Shown: positions 1 through 11,154, counted from the stretch's first letter. The stretch is 64,000 nucleotides of DNA from Candidatus Heimdallarchaeota archaeon (GCA_021399345.1 JAAFKI010000175.1:1-64000), one strand, 5' to 3'. Notes: generated by a model from the sequence alone, not told the origin. Numbers and translations are program-made.

Positions 1-51
1 AATTGACAGTGAACCAAAAATCATCACTAAACCAATTATTTTATCATTCAT
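1..51 (-). CDS. 5' part of a membrane protein running off the window; probably A/V-ATP synthase subunit K (c)
   Basis: ATG at 51-49 preceded by GGAG; reads MNDKIIGLVMIFGSLSI (hydrophobic); directly downstream of subunits H and F. Confidence 0.45.
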   Translation of the reverse strand, partial: MNDKIIGLVMIFGSLSI

Positions 52-104
52 TGTAATATTCTCCAACAGAAATAAGAGATAACAATCTTAAAGACTTTTC
101 CCAT

Positions 105-434
105 TTACATCTCAATATCGATACCTAAAGCCATTTTGATTAAGGCTCGCACCTTATCTTCAGCACCTTCATACTGTGCTTTCTTACCTGGGACTTCAAC
201 AATAACTGGATAGGGATTTAGTTTTATTCTCCTTAAAATAGCCTCATTTGCTTTTGCTACTTCCTCTGTAATAATAAGAATGGCAATTTCAGGATCACCA
301 GATAATGTTCTCAAAAGTGATCCTGCTTTATCTGGTTCTTCTGTAAAAACTTGGGATATTCCAGATAATTTGAAACCCAATGATGTTTCTTCATCACCAA
401 TGCTTACAATTTTGTTTCTTGTTGGAGAACTCAT
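105..434 (-). CDS. atpF: A/V-type ATP synthase subunit F
   Basis: IGDEETSLGFKLSGI, IAILIITE, PVIVEVP, IKMALGIDI; start probably MSSPTRNK. Confidence 0.92.
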   Translation of the reverse strand: MSSPTRNKIVSIGDEETSLGFKLSGISQVFTEEPDKAGSLLRTLSGDPEIAILIITEEVAKANEAILRRIKLNPYPVIVEVPGKKAQYEGAEDKVRALIKMALGIDIEM

Positions 435-454
435 GTAAATCACATATTATTGAA

Positions 455-775
455 TTATAAAACTTCAGAGAGAACTACATCAATAGCTTTTTTCTCAACT
501 TGTTTTGCCTTTTCTTTGAATTTGTTTTGATTTTCTTCAAATTCCTTATTCATTGAAGTAAATTCTTTTTCAACTCTATCTTCAGCACCAGAAAGGATTT
601 TTTCAGCTTTTTCTTTAGCCTGAATTTCCGCATCTCGAACCTTTAATACGGAAGTTTTCTCTGCTTCTAAAATAGCATTTTGTTTAGATGCTTCGGTTTG
701 TTTGATTTTTGCTTCACAATCTCTCTCTGTTTTTCTTATTATTTTTAGAAACTCAACGCTCATTGTATCTACCAC
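455..775 (-). CDS. A-type ATP synthase peripheral-stalk subunit H (G-like)
   Basis: ~100-aa charged coiled coil ending AIDVVLSEVL, co-oriented upstream of subunit F. Confidence 0.75.
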   Translation of the reverse strand: MVDTMSVEFLKIIRKTERDCEAKIKQTEASKQNAILEAEKTSVLKVRDAEIQAKEKAEKILSGAEDRVEKEFTSMNKEFEENQNKFKEKAKQVEKKAIDVVLSEVL

Positions 776-900
776 GATAAATTGTCCAGTTAAATGAATC
801 CATAAATTACTCTTTTAAAAGATTCTGTTGCACCTTGATATCTTAAAGGATATGATGATATGACGAAAAAGATTTATTCCAACACACAAATAGATGACCA

Positions 901-2265
901 ATGAAAAGAAAATATTTTGGCACAAACGGGATAAGAGGCGTAGTTGGTGAGTTAATTACTCCCGATTTTGTTTCCAGAATAAGTTCAGCCATTGCTTCGT
1001 ACATGCTAAATAAGGGTACAATGGTGATAGGTTCTGATTCGAGGTTAAGTAGTCCTTCTCTCAAAGAAATTGTTATTTCCAGTTTCTTAGCACGAGGAAT
1101 AGAAGTTATAGATTTGGGAATAGTACCAACTCCATTAGTACAATTTGCAGTCCCCCATTTACACGCAAATATGGGTATAGTTGTAACTGCTAGCCACAAT
1201 CCTCCAGAATTTAATGGTCTCAAGGTAATAGATTCAGACGGAATAGAGATTGAAATAGCAAAACAGAAGGGAATAGAAGAAACCTATGAAGCTGAAACCT
1301 ATCAAGATGGAAAAACTGAGACGACCAAAAACATAACAAAAATGAATCTAATACCAGAATTCATAAACCAAATTATTGGGCTTGTAGATGTTGATCTAAT
1401 ACAAAAAAGAAAACTTACAGCTGTTGTTGATGGAGGAAACGCTGTAGGAAGCTTAGTTACACCCTACATATTAAGGAATCTTGGAATAAGAGTTGTTTCA
1501 GTCAATTGTCAGCTCGACGGTAAGTTCCCAGGAAGAGGTGTTGAACCTGATCCAAGGAAACTTAGAGTGATGGGGTATGCGGCCAATCAAGTTAAAGCTG
1601 ATTTTTCTGTAGGACATGATGGAGATGCAGATCGCGCAATATTCGGGGATGAAAATGGAAAAATCTATTTTGGCGATAAATCAATTGCACTTTTTGAAAG
1701 ATGGATATTACAGAATTCTGTTAACAAGCACTTTGTTACTCCTGTTAGTTCCTCTTCAGCAATTGTTGATATTGCAGAAGATCTTGGTGGAACAGTCACT
1801 TGGACACCTGTTGGATGTATCTATGTAAGCCGAAAAATGATTGCAACTAATAGCATTCTAGGAGGGGAGGAAAATGGGGGGTTGTTTTATGCACCTCATC
1901 AAAGTGTTAGGGATGGAATGATGGCAGCAGCTTTGATGGCAAATATTTTAGCGGAATCCAAGAATACCTTGAGTGATTTAATATCCGAATTACCCCAGTA
2001 CTATCAAGCTAAAGAAAAAATTCAATGTTCGAATAATCTGAAAGAGCTAGTAATGGAACATATCAAAACCAATGTTCAAGCTGATGAAGTTATCTTGCTT
2101 GATGGTGTTAAACTCATATTTTCTGACAGTTGGGTTCTTATAAGACCTTCTGGAACAGAACCAATTTTCAGAATCTTTGTGGAGGCCAAGAGTAAGGAAA
2201 AAGTAGAAATTTTATTGCAAGATAGTTTAAAGTTGGTTGCTAAATCAATACAAAAATATCAATGA
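901..2265 (+). CDS. glmM: Phosphoglucosamine mutase / phosphomannomutase
   Basis: FGTNGIRG, TASHNP, DGDADR, GGEENG, IRPSGTEP motifs. Confidence 0.9.
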   Translation: MKRKYFGTNGIRGVVGELITPDFVSRISSAIASYMLNKGTMVIGSDSRLSSPSLKEIVISSFLARGIEVIDLGIVPTPLVQFAVPHLHANMGIVVTASHNPPEFNGLKVIDSDGIEIEIAKQKGIEETYEAETYQDGKTETTKNITKMNLIPEFINQIIGLVDVDLIQKRKLTAVVDGGNAVGSLVTPYILRNLGIRVVSVNCQLDGKFPGRGVEPDPRKLRVMGYAANQVKADFSVGHDGDADRAIFGDENGKIYFGDKSIALFERWILQNSVNKHFVTPVSSSSAIVDIAEDLGGTVTWTPVGCIYVSRKMIATNSILGGEENGGLFYAPHQSVRDGMMAAALMANILAESKNTLSDLISELPQYYQAKEKIQCSNNLKELVMEHIKTNVQADEVILLDGVKLIFSDSWVLIRPSGTEPIFRIFVEAKSKEKVEILLQDSLKLVAKSIQKYQ

Positions 2266-2398
2266 TGAACTTAGAAAGAGATTACTACTAGTTTTATCGC
2301 TCTTTTAAGTAAAGGGACTTATTCATTAAAAGAGAGAGATTTAACAAAACTTAAAAAAAGAAATCGTTAAGTTGGGTAGCGAACAGAGAGTATAAAAG

Positions 2399-4186
2399 AT
2401 GACTACGGCTAATACTGAACAAATCGGTTTAATCGATAGAATCTCTGGACCAGTCGTTCAAGCTTCTAATATGCGAGGCTCTAAGCTATATGATGTAGCA
2501 AGAGTAGGTGAGGAAAAGCTAGTAGGGGAAATTATCAGACTTACTGGCGATTTAGCAACGATTCAAGTTTATGAAAATACTGAGGGGTTAACTCCTGGAG
2601 AACCTGTCCATTTAACAAACGCACCTCTTTCTGTTGAACTTGGACCAGGCTTAATGAGACAAATTTTTGACGGAATTCAAAGACCATTACCTGTAATTCG
2701 AGAAGTCTCCGGTGACTTTATCGCCAGAGGAATTGAGATACCAGGTTTAGATCACAAGAAATTGTGGGATTTTGCACCTAGTTTAAAGGTAGGGGATAAG
2801 GTCGTTGGAGGAGATATTTTGGGTGAAATTCCAGAAACTCCAACTGTAGATTTCAAGTTGATGGTTCCTCCGAATATTCAAGGAAAATTAGAATTCATTG
2901 CACAAAGAGGAGATTATACTGTAGATGATTTATCAGCAACTGTTATTACACCAACAGGGGATAAAGTTGATTTACAATTCCATCATAGATGGCCAGTAAG
3001 ACAACCTAGACCATATCATCAGAGATTACCTTCTAATGTTCCTTTAATAACAGGACAGAGAATCTTTGATACAATAGCTCCTATAGCTAAAGGTGGTACA
3101 GGAGCGATTCCTGGAGGGTTTGGAACAGGTAAAACTGTCAGTCAACACCAATTAGCAAAATGGTCTGATGCTAAAATTGTGGTTTATGTTGGTTGTGGTG
3201 AGAGAGGAAATGAGATGACTGATGTTCTCATGGAGTTTCCAAAACTAGTAGATCCATATACAGGAGGACCTTTGATGGATCGTACAGTATTGATTGCCAA
3301 CACATCAAATATGCCTGTAGCTGCTAGAGAAGCGAGTGTCTACACTGGTATCACACTGGCAGAATTCTTCCGTGACATGGGTTACGATGTTGCAATGATG
3401 GCAGATAGTACAAGTCGTTGGGCCGAAGCTATGAGAGAAATCTCAGGACGTTTAGAAGAAATGCCCGGTGAAGAATCATTTCCAGCTTATCTTGCTTCAA
3501 GAATTGCAGAATATTATGAGAGGGCAGGTCGTGTTTTAACAATTGGCTCTAAACCAAGAGAAGCCAGTATTTCTGTAGTTGGTGCAGTCAGTCCTCCTGG
3601 TGGAGATTTCAGCGAACCAGTTACACAAAACACACTAAGAATTGTCAAGGTGTTCTGGGCACTTTCAAAAGATTTAGCTAGCCGCAGACATTTTCCTGCT
3701 ATCGATTACTTACTAAGTTATACTCTTTATTGGTCAGCTTTAGAAGATTATTATTCAGATAATGTTAGTCCCGAATTTCCTGAATTGCGTGCAGAGGCTT
3801 TAGCACTTCTCCAAAAGGATAAAGAGTTGCAAGATATTGTTGCTCTGGTTGGACCTGATGCTTTACCTCCAAGTGAAAAAATTATTCTTGAAACAGCAAG
3901 AATGCTTAAGGAGGATTTCTTACAACAAAATGCATTTCATGAAACAGATAGTTTCTGCAGCTTGGAGAAACAATATCTTATGTTGAAAACAATTCTACGA
4001 TTTTACGAAAAAGCTCAAGACCTCTACAGACGAGGGGCGATTGTGTCAGATATTTTTGAGCATGAATTAGTTATTAGAATTGCAAGAATGAAATACATTG
4101 AAAGAAGTGAAATTGAAACAAGCTTAAACGAGTTGATGAAAGAAATAGATGGCTTAACAATTCAAGCCTTTGGTGTGGAGGATTAA
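2399..4186 (+). CDS. atpA: A/V-type ATP synthase subunit A
   Basis: GGFGTGKT P-loop, [18 protein letters not shown]; 595 aa, no intein. Confidence 0.98.
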   Translation: MTTANTEQIGLIDRISGPVVQASNMRGSKLYDVARVGEEKLVGEIIRLTGDLATIQVYENTEGLTPGEPVHLTNAPLSVELGPGLMRQIFDGIQRPLPVIREVSGDFIARGIEIPGLDHKKLWDFAPSLKVGDKVVGGDILGEIPETPTVDFKLMVPPNIQGKLEFIAQRGDYTVDDLSATVITPTGDKVDLQFHHRWPVRQPRPYHQRLPSNVPLITGQRIFDTIAPIAKGGTGAIPGGFGTGKTVSQHQLAKWSDAKIVVYVGCGERGNEMTDVLMEFPKLVDPYTGGPLMDRTVLIANTSNMPVAAREASVYTGITLAEFFRDMGYDVAMMADSTSRWAEAMREISGRLEEMPGEESFPAYLASRIAEYYERAGRVLTIGSKPREASISVVGAVSPPGGDFSEPVTQNTLRIVKVFWALSKDLASRRHFPAIDYLLSYTLYWSALEDYYSDNVSPEFPELRAEALALLQKDKELQDIVALVGPDALPPSEKIILETARMLKEDFLQQNAFHETDSFCSLEKQYLMLKTILRFYEKAQDLYRRGAIVSDIFEHELVIRIARMKYIERSEIETSLNELMKEIDGLTIQAFGVED

Positions 4187-4188
4187 AA

Positions 4189-5631
4189 ATGACAATTCAA
4201 GAAAAATATGAAACTAGAGAATTTAAAACAGTCACTGAAGTTTCAGGGCCTTTGATGTTTGTAGATCTAAAAGGAATGGGTGGTGTATCTTATGGTGAAA
4301 TTGCTGAAATTACCACCACAACTGGAGAAAAGAGAAGAGGTCAAGTTCTAGATGTGTCTAAGAATCTCGCAATTATTCAATGTTTTGAAGGTACTTCCGG
4401 TCTTGAAACAAAAGACACCACATGTAGGTTTCTTGGAGAAACCATGAAAATAGGCGTCAGTTCTGAGATGCTTGGTAGAGTATTCAATGGTAGAGGTGAA
4501 GTCATAGATGGTGGAGGGGATATAGTACCAGACAAAATTCTAGATATCACTGGATCACCAATAAATCCTTCTGCTAGACAGTATCCTAAAGAGTTCATAG
4601 AAACAGGTATTAGTACAATTGATATTCTATTAACACTAGTAAGAGGACAAAAACTACCATTATTCAGTGGGAGTGGTCTTCCACATAATATGTTAGCAGC
4701 TCAAATTGCTAGACAAGCAAAAGTTCTCGGGACAGAAGAGGATTTCGCAGTAATCTTCTCCGCAATGGGAATCACAGCAGACGAAGCAAGATTCTTCAGA
4801 GATGATTTTGAACAAACCGGTGCTTTGGACAAAGTTGTTCTTTTCCTTAATTTGGCAGATGATCCTGCAATTGAACGACTTTTAACACCTCGTCTTGCTT
4901 TAACAGCAGCAGAACATCTTGCATATGATCACGATTATCATGTACTTGTTATTCTCACCGATATAACAGCATATGCAGAATCTCTTCGTGAAGTTGCTGC
5001 AGCTCGAAGCGAAGTTCCTAGCAGAAGAGGTTATCCTGGTTATATGTATTCAGATTTCTCAACAATATACGAGAGAGCGGGAAAAATACATGGAAAGAAA
5101 GGTTCAATCACACAAATCCCAATATTAACATTACCAAACTACGACATAACTCATCCCGTACCAGATCTTACAGGATATATAACTGAAGGACAAGTGTATG
5201 TAGATATTGGATTAAACAGAAAGGGATTATATCCACCAATTAATCCACTGCCTTCACTTTCTAGATTGATGAAAGATACAATTGGACAGGGTTCAACAAG
5301 AAGTGATCACAAATTTGTTCAAGATCAGTTATATGCACTTTATGCTACAGGGAAAGACTTGAGAGATCTTGTTGCTGTAGTTGGAGATGAATCTCTTTCA
5401 GATATAGATAAGAAGACTCTCGAATTTGCAGAGCTTTTTGAACAAAAATTCATCAACCAAGATTATTATGAGGACAGATCAATTTTCGAATCGTTAGATA
5501 TTGGTTGGGAATTATTAGGAACTTTTGATGACCCTCACAGAGTGCTAAAGCGTATTCCTTCTGAATTTATTGATAAATTCCATCCGACTAAAAGGGATAA
5601 GAAAACAGACTTCAATACTGTAAACATATAA
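4189..5631 (+). CDS. atpB: A/V-type ATP synthase subunit B
   Basis: [35 protein letters not shown]. Confidence 0.98.
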   Translation: MTIQEKYETREFKTVTEVSGPLMFVDLKGMGGVSYGEIAEITTTTGEKRRGQVLDVSKNLAIIQCFEGTSGLETKDTTCRFLGETMKIGVSSEMLGRVFNGRGEVIDGGGDIVPDKILDITGSPINPSARQYPKEFIETGISTIDILLTLVRGQKLPLFSGSGLPHNMLAAQIARQAKVLGTEEDFAVIFSAMGITADEARFFRDDFEQTGALDKVVLFLNLADDPAIERLLTPRLALTAAEHLAYDHDYHVLVILTDITAYAESLREVAAARSEVPSRRGYPGYMYSDFSTIYERAGKIHGKKGSITQIPILTLPNYDITHPVPDLTGYITEGQVYVDIGLNRKGLYPPINPLPSLSRLMKDTIGQGSTRSDHKFVQDQLYALYATGKDLRDLVAVVGDESLSDIDKKTLEFAELFEQKFINQDYYEDRSIFESLDIGWELLGTFDDPHRVLKRIPSEFIDKFHPTKRDKKTDFNTVNI

Positions 5632-5660
5632 TTCTTTTCCCTTTTCTTTCTTTTATTCTA
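5632..5660 (+). terminator. T-rich archaeal terminator after atpB
   Basis: ttcttttcccttttctttcttttattc directly after the stop codon. Confidence 0.55.
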
Positions 5661-5789
5661 ATACTACACAATCATAGTCATTTGTTTTCAGCCATTTTTT
5701 CACTTTCAAAAACTTATCAGTTTTGTCAATTGAGCTAGAAAAAAACAAGGGATTCAGGTTTCGAATTCCACTACAACCACTTTATATCC

Positions 5790-6311
5790 TTAGTTAATAT
5801 CTATACATTTTTTGTATTTTCCTCGAGTATATGTAAGCATATCAGGGTATCCTTTTTCCTTCCATTCTTCATCCAGATGAACTGCTATTACTTCTCCTAT
5901 GAACAAATCATGAGAACCAAGGTCAACAACTTGATGTAGTTTACATTCCATACTCACTGGACATTCAACTATGTAAGGGGTTTTAATTTCAATACTCTTA
6001 CCTTTTGTGAAATTGCATTCTTTCCACTTATTGAAGTCTTTACCTGATTTTGTTCCACAGAATTCAACCTGAGTAAGCATTTCTGTTGTAGGAATATTAA
6101 GAACAAATTCCTTAGAATTTTTTATTAAATCATATGAAAATCTTGCTTTTCTGATTGCTATGGAAACATATGGTGGATTAGAACTGCTTGTTCCACCCCA
6201 GGCTAAAGTGATAATAGATTCATTCTTTTTATGTTTCACTGATACTAACATTACTGGATTTGGATAAAGAGCTGAGCTTGGACTTTCTTGTAGTTTTTTC
6301 ATATATATCAT
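5790..6311 (-). CDS. Flavin reductase-like (flavoredoxin) protein
   Basis: YPNPVMLV, CGTKSGKD, ECPVSMEC, GSHDLFIGEV. Confidence 0.9.
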   Translation of the reverse strand: MIYMKKLQESPSSALYPNPVMLVSVKHKKNESIITLAWGGTSSSNPPYVSIAIRKARFSYDLIKNSKEFVLNIPTTEMLTQVEFCGTKSGKDFNKWKECNFTKGKSIEIKTPYIVECPVSMECKLHQVVDLGSHDLFIGEVIAVHLDEEWKEKGYPDMLTYTRGKYKKCIDIN

Positions 6312-6352
6312 TTTATTTAGAAATTAATAAAAAATAAACTTTCTTGATATTT

Positions 6353-6901
6353 TCATGCTTCGCCTAATTTTTCAGTTGATTTCATTAGTGCACCAATGTT
6401 TGAAGGTGTGAAGAAGCCATCAAAATCACCAAAACGCTGGATATATTCAATGATATGATTAGCTGTTTCGGTAGGTAATGTGAATATCTGTTTAATTCCC
6501 TCTTCTTCGCTTCCAATTATATCCTCTGTAGTGAATTTTACCCCTTTGTTCTTTTGAATTTCTACTACTTTTTCTATATCACGTACTAAATATGCAAGAT
6601 GGTGGATTCTTCCTCCATATTTCTTTACATAGTTTTCAACTATAGAATCTTCAGCTAATCCTTCGCTTACAACTATTACTGGTAATGTATCGTGAAGCTT
6701 AAGTGTACTTGTTGTAGCCATCATCGAAATAACTTTGAAAGTTTTATATTCTTTATAGGGAACTAAGTCTGCAATTTCTTTCATTGTTTTTTCTCTTTGC
6801 CCCATTTTAACTCGATAAGCAACATGATCCAGCTTAATTACTAGGTCATCTAAACTCGTATTCTCAACCTCGTCTTCTGCTCTTTTTAAATCAGGAATCA
6901 T
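6353..6901 (-). CDS. VOC-superfamily metalloenzyme resembling the catalytic domain of 4-hydroxyphenylpyruvate dioxygenase
   Basis: LDHVAY, IHHLAY, QIFT, EYIQR, GFF..SNIGALM (His/His/Glu ligand pattern); start probably MIPDLK. Confidence 0.7.
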   Translation of the reverse strand: MIPDLKRAEDEVENTSLDDLVIKLDHVAYRVKMGQREKTMKEIADLVPYKEYKTFKVISMMATTSTLKLHDTLPVIVVSEGLAEDSIVENYVKKYGGRIHHLAYLVRDIEKVVEIQKNKGVKFTTEDIIGSEEEGIKQIFTLPTETANHIIEYIQRFGDFDGFFTPSNIGALMKSTEKLGEA

Positions 6902-7021
6902 ATTGGAAACACCTTTTAATCTTGTTAAAATGAAAATAGCATCAAATAAACTTTTGTGATTATTCAAAAATTCATGGATTACAAATTTATATTCTCAAAA
7001 CTAATTTAGTCCTAGATTAAG

Positions 7022-7702
7022 ATGAATCTTGAAGAGATATTGAATGAGCTGAAATCTCAAAGCAATCCAGCCAATGTAAAAGGAATGATTAGATTTGGTA
7101 TAAATCCTGATAAGATTCTTGGAGTAAGAATACCAATTCTACGTAAAATGGCAAAGAAAATTAAAAAGAATCACAAGCTTGCTCAACAATTGTGGGATTT
7201 TGGGTATAGAGAGACTATGATTCTGGGTGCTATGATTGATAATCCTTCACAAGTAACACAAACCCAAATGGAAGATTGGGTCTCTTCTCCTTATTTCACA
7301 TATTGGGAAATTGTTGATCAGACTTGTATGAATCTTTTCTATCTGACAGATTATGCATACATAAAGGCTACTGAATGGAGTAGTAGAAAAGAAGAATTTG
7401 TAAAAAGAGCAGCATTTGCATTAATCGCTGTTATTGCTTGGAAAGATAAAGAAGCAGATGATAAAAAACTGCTACAATTCTTTCCTTTTATTGAGAAGGA
7501 ATCAATTGATGACAGAAACAATGTAAAAAAGGCTGTAAGTTGGGCTTTGAGACAAACTGGAAAGAGAAACTTAAATCTAAACAAAAAAGCTATTGAATTA
7601 GCTAAGGAGATTCAGAAGAAAGATTCTAAAAGTGCAAAATGGATTGCTAAAGATGCTATAAAAGAATTAGAAAGTGATTCAATTCAGTCGAGATTCAGCT
7701 AA
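7022..7702 (+). CDS. DNA alkylation repair protein (AlkD-like)
   Basis: GVRIPILRKMAK, WEIVD, VKKAVSWALRQTGKRN. Confidence 0.9.
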   Translation: MNLEEILNELKSQSNPANVKGMIRFGINPDKILGVRIPILRKMAKKIKKNHKLAQQLWDFGYRETMILGAMIDNPSQVTQTQMEDWVSSPYFTYWEIVDQTCMNLFYLTDYAYIKATEWSSRKEEFVKRAAFALIAVIAWKDKEADDKKLLQFFPFIEKESIDDRNNVKKAVSWALRQTGKRNLNLNKKAIELAKEIQKKDSKSAKWIAKDAIKELESDSIQSRFS

Positions 7703-7716
7703 AATGAAAGAATGTA

Positions 7717-8343
7717 TTATTTTTCTCCTTTCATTATTTTTCTAGTTTTGTCTCTTATCTCATTCATTTCGATAATCTTTTCCTTTAACACTTGTTTTAG
7801 CTGCTCATTATCAAAAGATTCTAATCTTCCCTCACAATGCTCACACTCAAAATTGTTATCCATTGCTTCTTGAAAAGTAACTCTAGGGCATTCAGGATTA
7901 TTGCATGTGAAGAACATATTTCCTTCTTCGTAAGTCAATCTTTCCTGTAGTTTCTCCATAACTTCTTGCTGCTTTCTCTCAACAAACACGTCAATCCTTT
8001 CTGGATGCAAGGTCCAGAAGTAAACAAACCACCCAGTGGACTTATCCCTAATCCTTCTAAAAGTTGCAAGTTGGAGATCATACAATTTATAGAGAGATTT
8101 TCTCACTTGATTTAGACGCATATCAAGTTTTTCAGAAATCTCCTCATCTGTAGTTTCTTGATCTGCATTTAACAGAACTAAAGTAACTTTTCTTACCTCT
8201 TCTCCCGCAATATCATCAACAACGTCTATGAGAGTTTGTCTTTGTCGTTCTGAAATATTTATCTTCGATGCCACTTTAACAGAATTGACATCTCCATCCT
8301 CATCAAAATTATCAACTGCTTCCCTAGACATGGACAATCTCAC
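7717..8343 (-). CDS. tfe: Transcription factor E alpha
   Basis: TDEEIS..VRKSLYKL wHTH, GWFVYFW, Zn ribbon C..C/CEHC. Confidence 0.93.
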   Translation of the reverse strand: MRLSMSREAVDNFDEDGDVNSVKVASKINISERQRQTLIDVVDDIAGEEVRKVTLVLLNADQETTDEEISEKLDMRLNQVRKSLYKLYDLQLATFRRIRDKSTGWFVYFWTLHPERIDVFVERKQQEVMEKLQERLTYEEGNMFFTCNNPECPRVTFQEAMDNNFECEHCEGRLESFDNEQLKQVLKEKIIEMNEIRDKTRKIMKGEK

Positions 8344-8516
8344 ACATAATAAATTATGATATTATTTAACAAAATGTTATGTATTTAAGCCTTCTTTAAT
8401 TTTCTCTTATGGGGGTAATTTTTTTCTAACACAAAATAGAGTGTTTTTGAATTCTTAATGTGATGCAATCCTAGATGTAGTAAAAAAATAAATAAAGAGG
8501 AAGAAGAAACAGCATT

Positions 8517-9701
8517 TTGATGAGTGTAGTTAAGCAAAAAACAGATCAAGCAGTCAAGATTTTAAACGAATTAGGTATAGATTTGTGGTTGATTTATATT
8601 AGAAAAACATCAGAAATTCATGATCCAAGCTTATATTTTCTTTTGGAAGATACTTGGTTAACTTGGCAATCAGCTATTATTATTAGTAAAAAAGGTCAAA
8701 AAATTGTCATTTGTGGAAGATATGATGCTGTGAATGTAGAATCATCAGGGATTTATGATAGAGTAATAAGCTATGATGAAAGTATAAAAGAGCCATTACT
8801 TAAAATCTTGAATGAATTAAAACCTCAAAGTATAGCTATCAATTATTCAGAGGATAACATCGCAGCAGATGGATTAACACATGGTATGTGGCTTAGATTA
8901 AACAAAATGCTAGAAGGTACAAAGTATCTTAACAAACTAATTTCTTCAGAGGATCTTCTAGCAGCTTTAAGGGGTAGAAAAACAGTACTAGAACTAGAAA
9001 AAATAAGAGAGGCTGTTGATTTTAGTGAACTAGGGCACAAAAAAGTTAGTGAGACTGCAAAAATCGGCATGTCTGAAGAAGAAATAGAAAAAATGCTCTT
9101 AGAATTTACTAAGGAAAATAATCTAACTGTTTCTTATCCACCTTTAGTCCACGTTGGTCCATCTACATCAATAGGACATGGAAAAGCTTCTTCTGACATT
9201 AAAATCAAGAAAGGTGATTTAATTAATGTTGATTACGGTGTCTTTTTTGAGGGATATGCATCAGACCTCCAAAGAATGAACTATGTATTACAAGATGGTG
9301 AAGATATACCTCCAACAGAAGTCAGAAGAGCTTTTGAAACAGTTATCAAGGCAATTAATGCTGGTGCAGAAAAACTAAAACCAGGTGTCCAAGGTTGGGA
9401 AGTTGATAATGTTGCACGTAAGTTGGTTACCGATGCAGGATACCAAGAATTCATGCACGCACTTGGACATCAAATAGGTCGAAATGTTCACGATGGAGGT
9501 TGTCTGTTAGGTCCAAGATGGGAAAAATACGGAAAATCTGTAATGTATAAGGTTGAGGAAGGACAAGCATTTACTTTAGAACTACATGTTTATGTTGAAA
9601 ATCATGGTTACTGTAGCGTTGAAGAGGATGTTATAGTAACAAAGGATGGTTGTGAGTTTCTTTCGGATAGACAATTAGAACTAACTTTACTAAAGCTATA
9701 A
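8517..9701 (+). CDS. Xaa-Pro aminopeptidase (M24 family)
   Basis: VDYG..GYASD, HALGHQIG.NVHD, TLE, VEEDV metal ligands. Confidence 0.9.
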   Translation: MMSVVKQKTDQAVKILNELGIDLWLIYIRKTSEIHDPSLYFLLEDTWLTWQSAIIISKKGQKIVICGRYDAVNVESSGIYDRVISYDESIKEPLLKILNELKPQSIAINYSEDNIAADGLTHGMWLRLNKMLEGTKYLNKLISSEDLLAALRGRKTVLELEKIREAVDFSELGHKKVSETAKIGMSEEEIEKMLLEFTKENNLTVSYPPLVHVGPSTSIGHGKASSDIKIKKGDLINVDYGVFFEGYASDLQRMNYVLQDGEDIPPTEVRRAFETVIKAINAGAEKLKPGVQGWEVDNVARKLVTDAGYQEFMHALGHQIGRNVHDGGCLLGPRWEKYGKSVMYKVEEGQAFTLELHVYVENHGYCSVEEDVIVTKDGCEFLSDRQLELTLLKL

Positions 9702-9727
9702 TTCAGAATAAATATAAGTGTCTAACA

Positions 9728-10993
9728 ATGTTAAAGAATATGAAGATTGCTTTCCGAAAGACTATCATTGTTCTTGCAATGTTCTTCTTTCTATTTTCTA
9801 GTGAATCGCAGGTTTACTCCACAGATGCTGAAGATTTCGATAATCCAATTGAAACCTATGCAGTTCTTTTTGATCAATTTGCAGTTGAGGTAAACGGCAC
9901 ACTTATGGGATCAGCTATTGAATTGAAAGATTCTCTTCTTCAAATAGGCTGGTCTAACGACAACATTTCATTGTTTATAGGAGATGAAAATCTTACAAAA
10001 ACAATTTTCCTTGAGCAACTAAATTACTTGGAACAAGAAGTTGATGAAAATGATTTGGTTTTCATTTATATCACAGCTCATGGTCACACTTATTGTCGAG
10101 ACGTATTGGATTTCAACAGCTGGTTTCAAGCAGAGTTCGATCAAATTGGAACAGCTAATAAAGTCTATTTGATGGAATCTTGTTATGGTGGAGAATTTGT
10201 GAGACTTTTTTCAGGAAGATGTTATGCAATGAGTAGTGTAAGCCCATTTGAACTTGCAATCGCTTATATTCCTGATGAAAATGGTACATGGACTTTAAGT
10301 GAACCTCCTTTTGCGGGAGGTATTTCCTCACATTTCTGGGCTAAAGCATTGACAAATATTTCTGCTGATTCGTCTCTTGACGGTGTAATAAGCTTAAATG
10401 AGATGTATTTGTATTCATTACCACTTATCAGGAATTGTTATAATGAAACATTTGAAGCAGATCCTAGTTTAGCAGATTATATAAAATCCGTAGCAGGGTA
10501 CACAGAAAACTATCCCATGCCAACTGTCTTGAATAACTTATATTATGATTTAACCTTAAACGCTACAGATTTCATTCTAAACCATGAAAAATATGTCTGG
10601 GAAGATGATGTAAAAGTACCTATCATTAATAGTCAAAATATAATATATTACACCGATGAAGCAACAGTTGATGTGATTTTTGAATTAAGTGATAGATCAG
10701 ATTTTAACTATTACTGCTATGTAGATTTAGATTTGAAAACATGGGGAAGTCATGGAGCAACCATGTTGAACTCTTGGGATTACACATTTAGTTTATCAAT
10801 TGATGAGAAACGGGATTATAATGTTACCATTGCAGTTGTTGATGAATGGGGCAATGAAAATACTAATTTTACCTTGGTGAAATATGTTGGTGATAGCAAA
10901 GAAGCTTCATATGGTTCTATTTCTTCTCTGATAGCAATTGTGTTTTTACCAATAATTATGCTCTACTATCGAACTAAAAGAAGAAAAGATTAA
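9728..10993 (+). CDS. Exported, C-terminally anchored clan CD (caspase/legumain-like) cysteine peptidase
   Basis: Signal peptide; FIYITAHG and MESCYGG His-Cys dyad; beta-rich domain; C-terminal TM helix plus RTKRRKD tail. Confidence 0.72.
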   Translation: MLKNMKIAFRKTIIVLAMFFFLFSSESQVYSTDAEDFDNPIETYAVLFDQFAVEVNGTLMGSAIELKDSLLQIGWSNDNISLFIGDENLTKTIFLEQLNYLEQEVDENDLVFIYITAHGHTYCRDVLDFNSWFQAEFDQIGTANKVYLMESCYGGEFVRLFSGRCYAMSSVSPFELAIAYIPDENGTWTLSEPPFAGGISSHFWAKALTNISADSSLDGVISLNEMYLYSLPLIRNCYNETFEADPSLADYIKSVAGYTENYPMPTVLNNLYYDLTLNATDFILNHEKYVWEDDVKVPIINSQNIIYYTDEATVDVIFELSDRSDFNYYCYVDLDLKTWGSHGATMLNSWDYTFSLSIDEKRDYNVTIAVVDEWGNENTNFTLVKYVGDSKEASYGSISSLIAIVFLPIIMLYYRTKRRKD

Positions 10994-11039
10994 ATAAGTA
11001 TGGTTGAATTTCTCAAATATCGTTGAGACTTCCATAATT

Positions 11040-11154
11040 GCGGGGATAATCAAGTGGTCAACGATGACGGACTCAAGATCTATCAAGAGTCATTGGCTAG
11101 ATGGGACATCCGTTCCTTAGTGGTTCGGGAGTTCGAATCTCCCTCCCCGCACCA
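11040..11154 (+). tRNA. tRNA-Leu(CAA) with 30-nt intron (11078-11107) at 37/38
   Basis: Acceptor GCGGGGA/TCCCCGC+ACCA; anticodon CAA 11074-11076; BHB with bulges AGA and ACA; long variable arm; TTCGAAT. Confidence 0.95.

Noticed and set aside
2399-4186. Intein in ATP synthase subunit A
   Set aside because: Normal length and a continuous GCGERGNE region.
5748-5780. tRNA-like fragment GGTTTCGAATTCC...ACCA as an attachment site
   Set aside because: The T stem does not pair properly, there is no acceptor partner, and it matches none of the tRNAs here.
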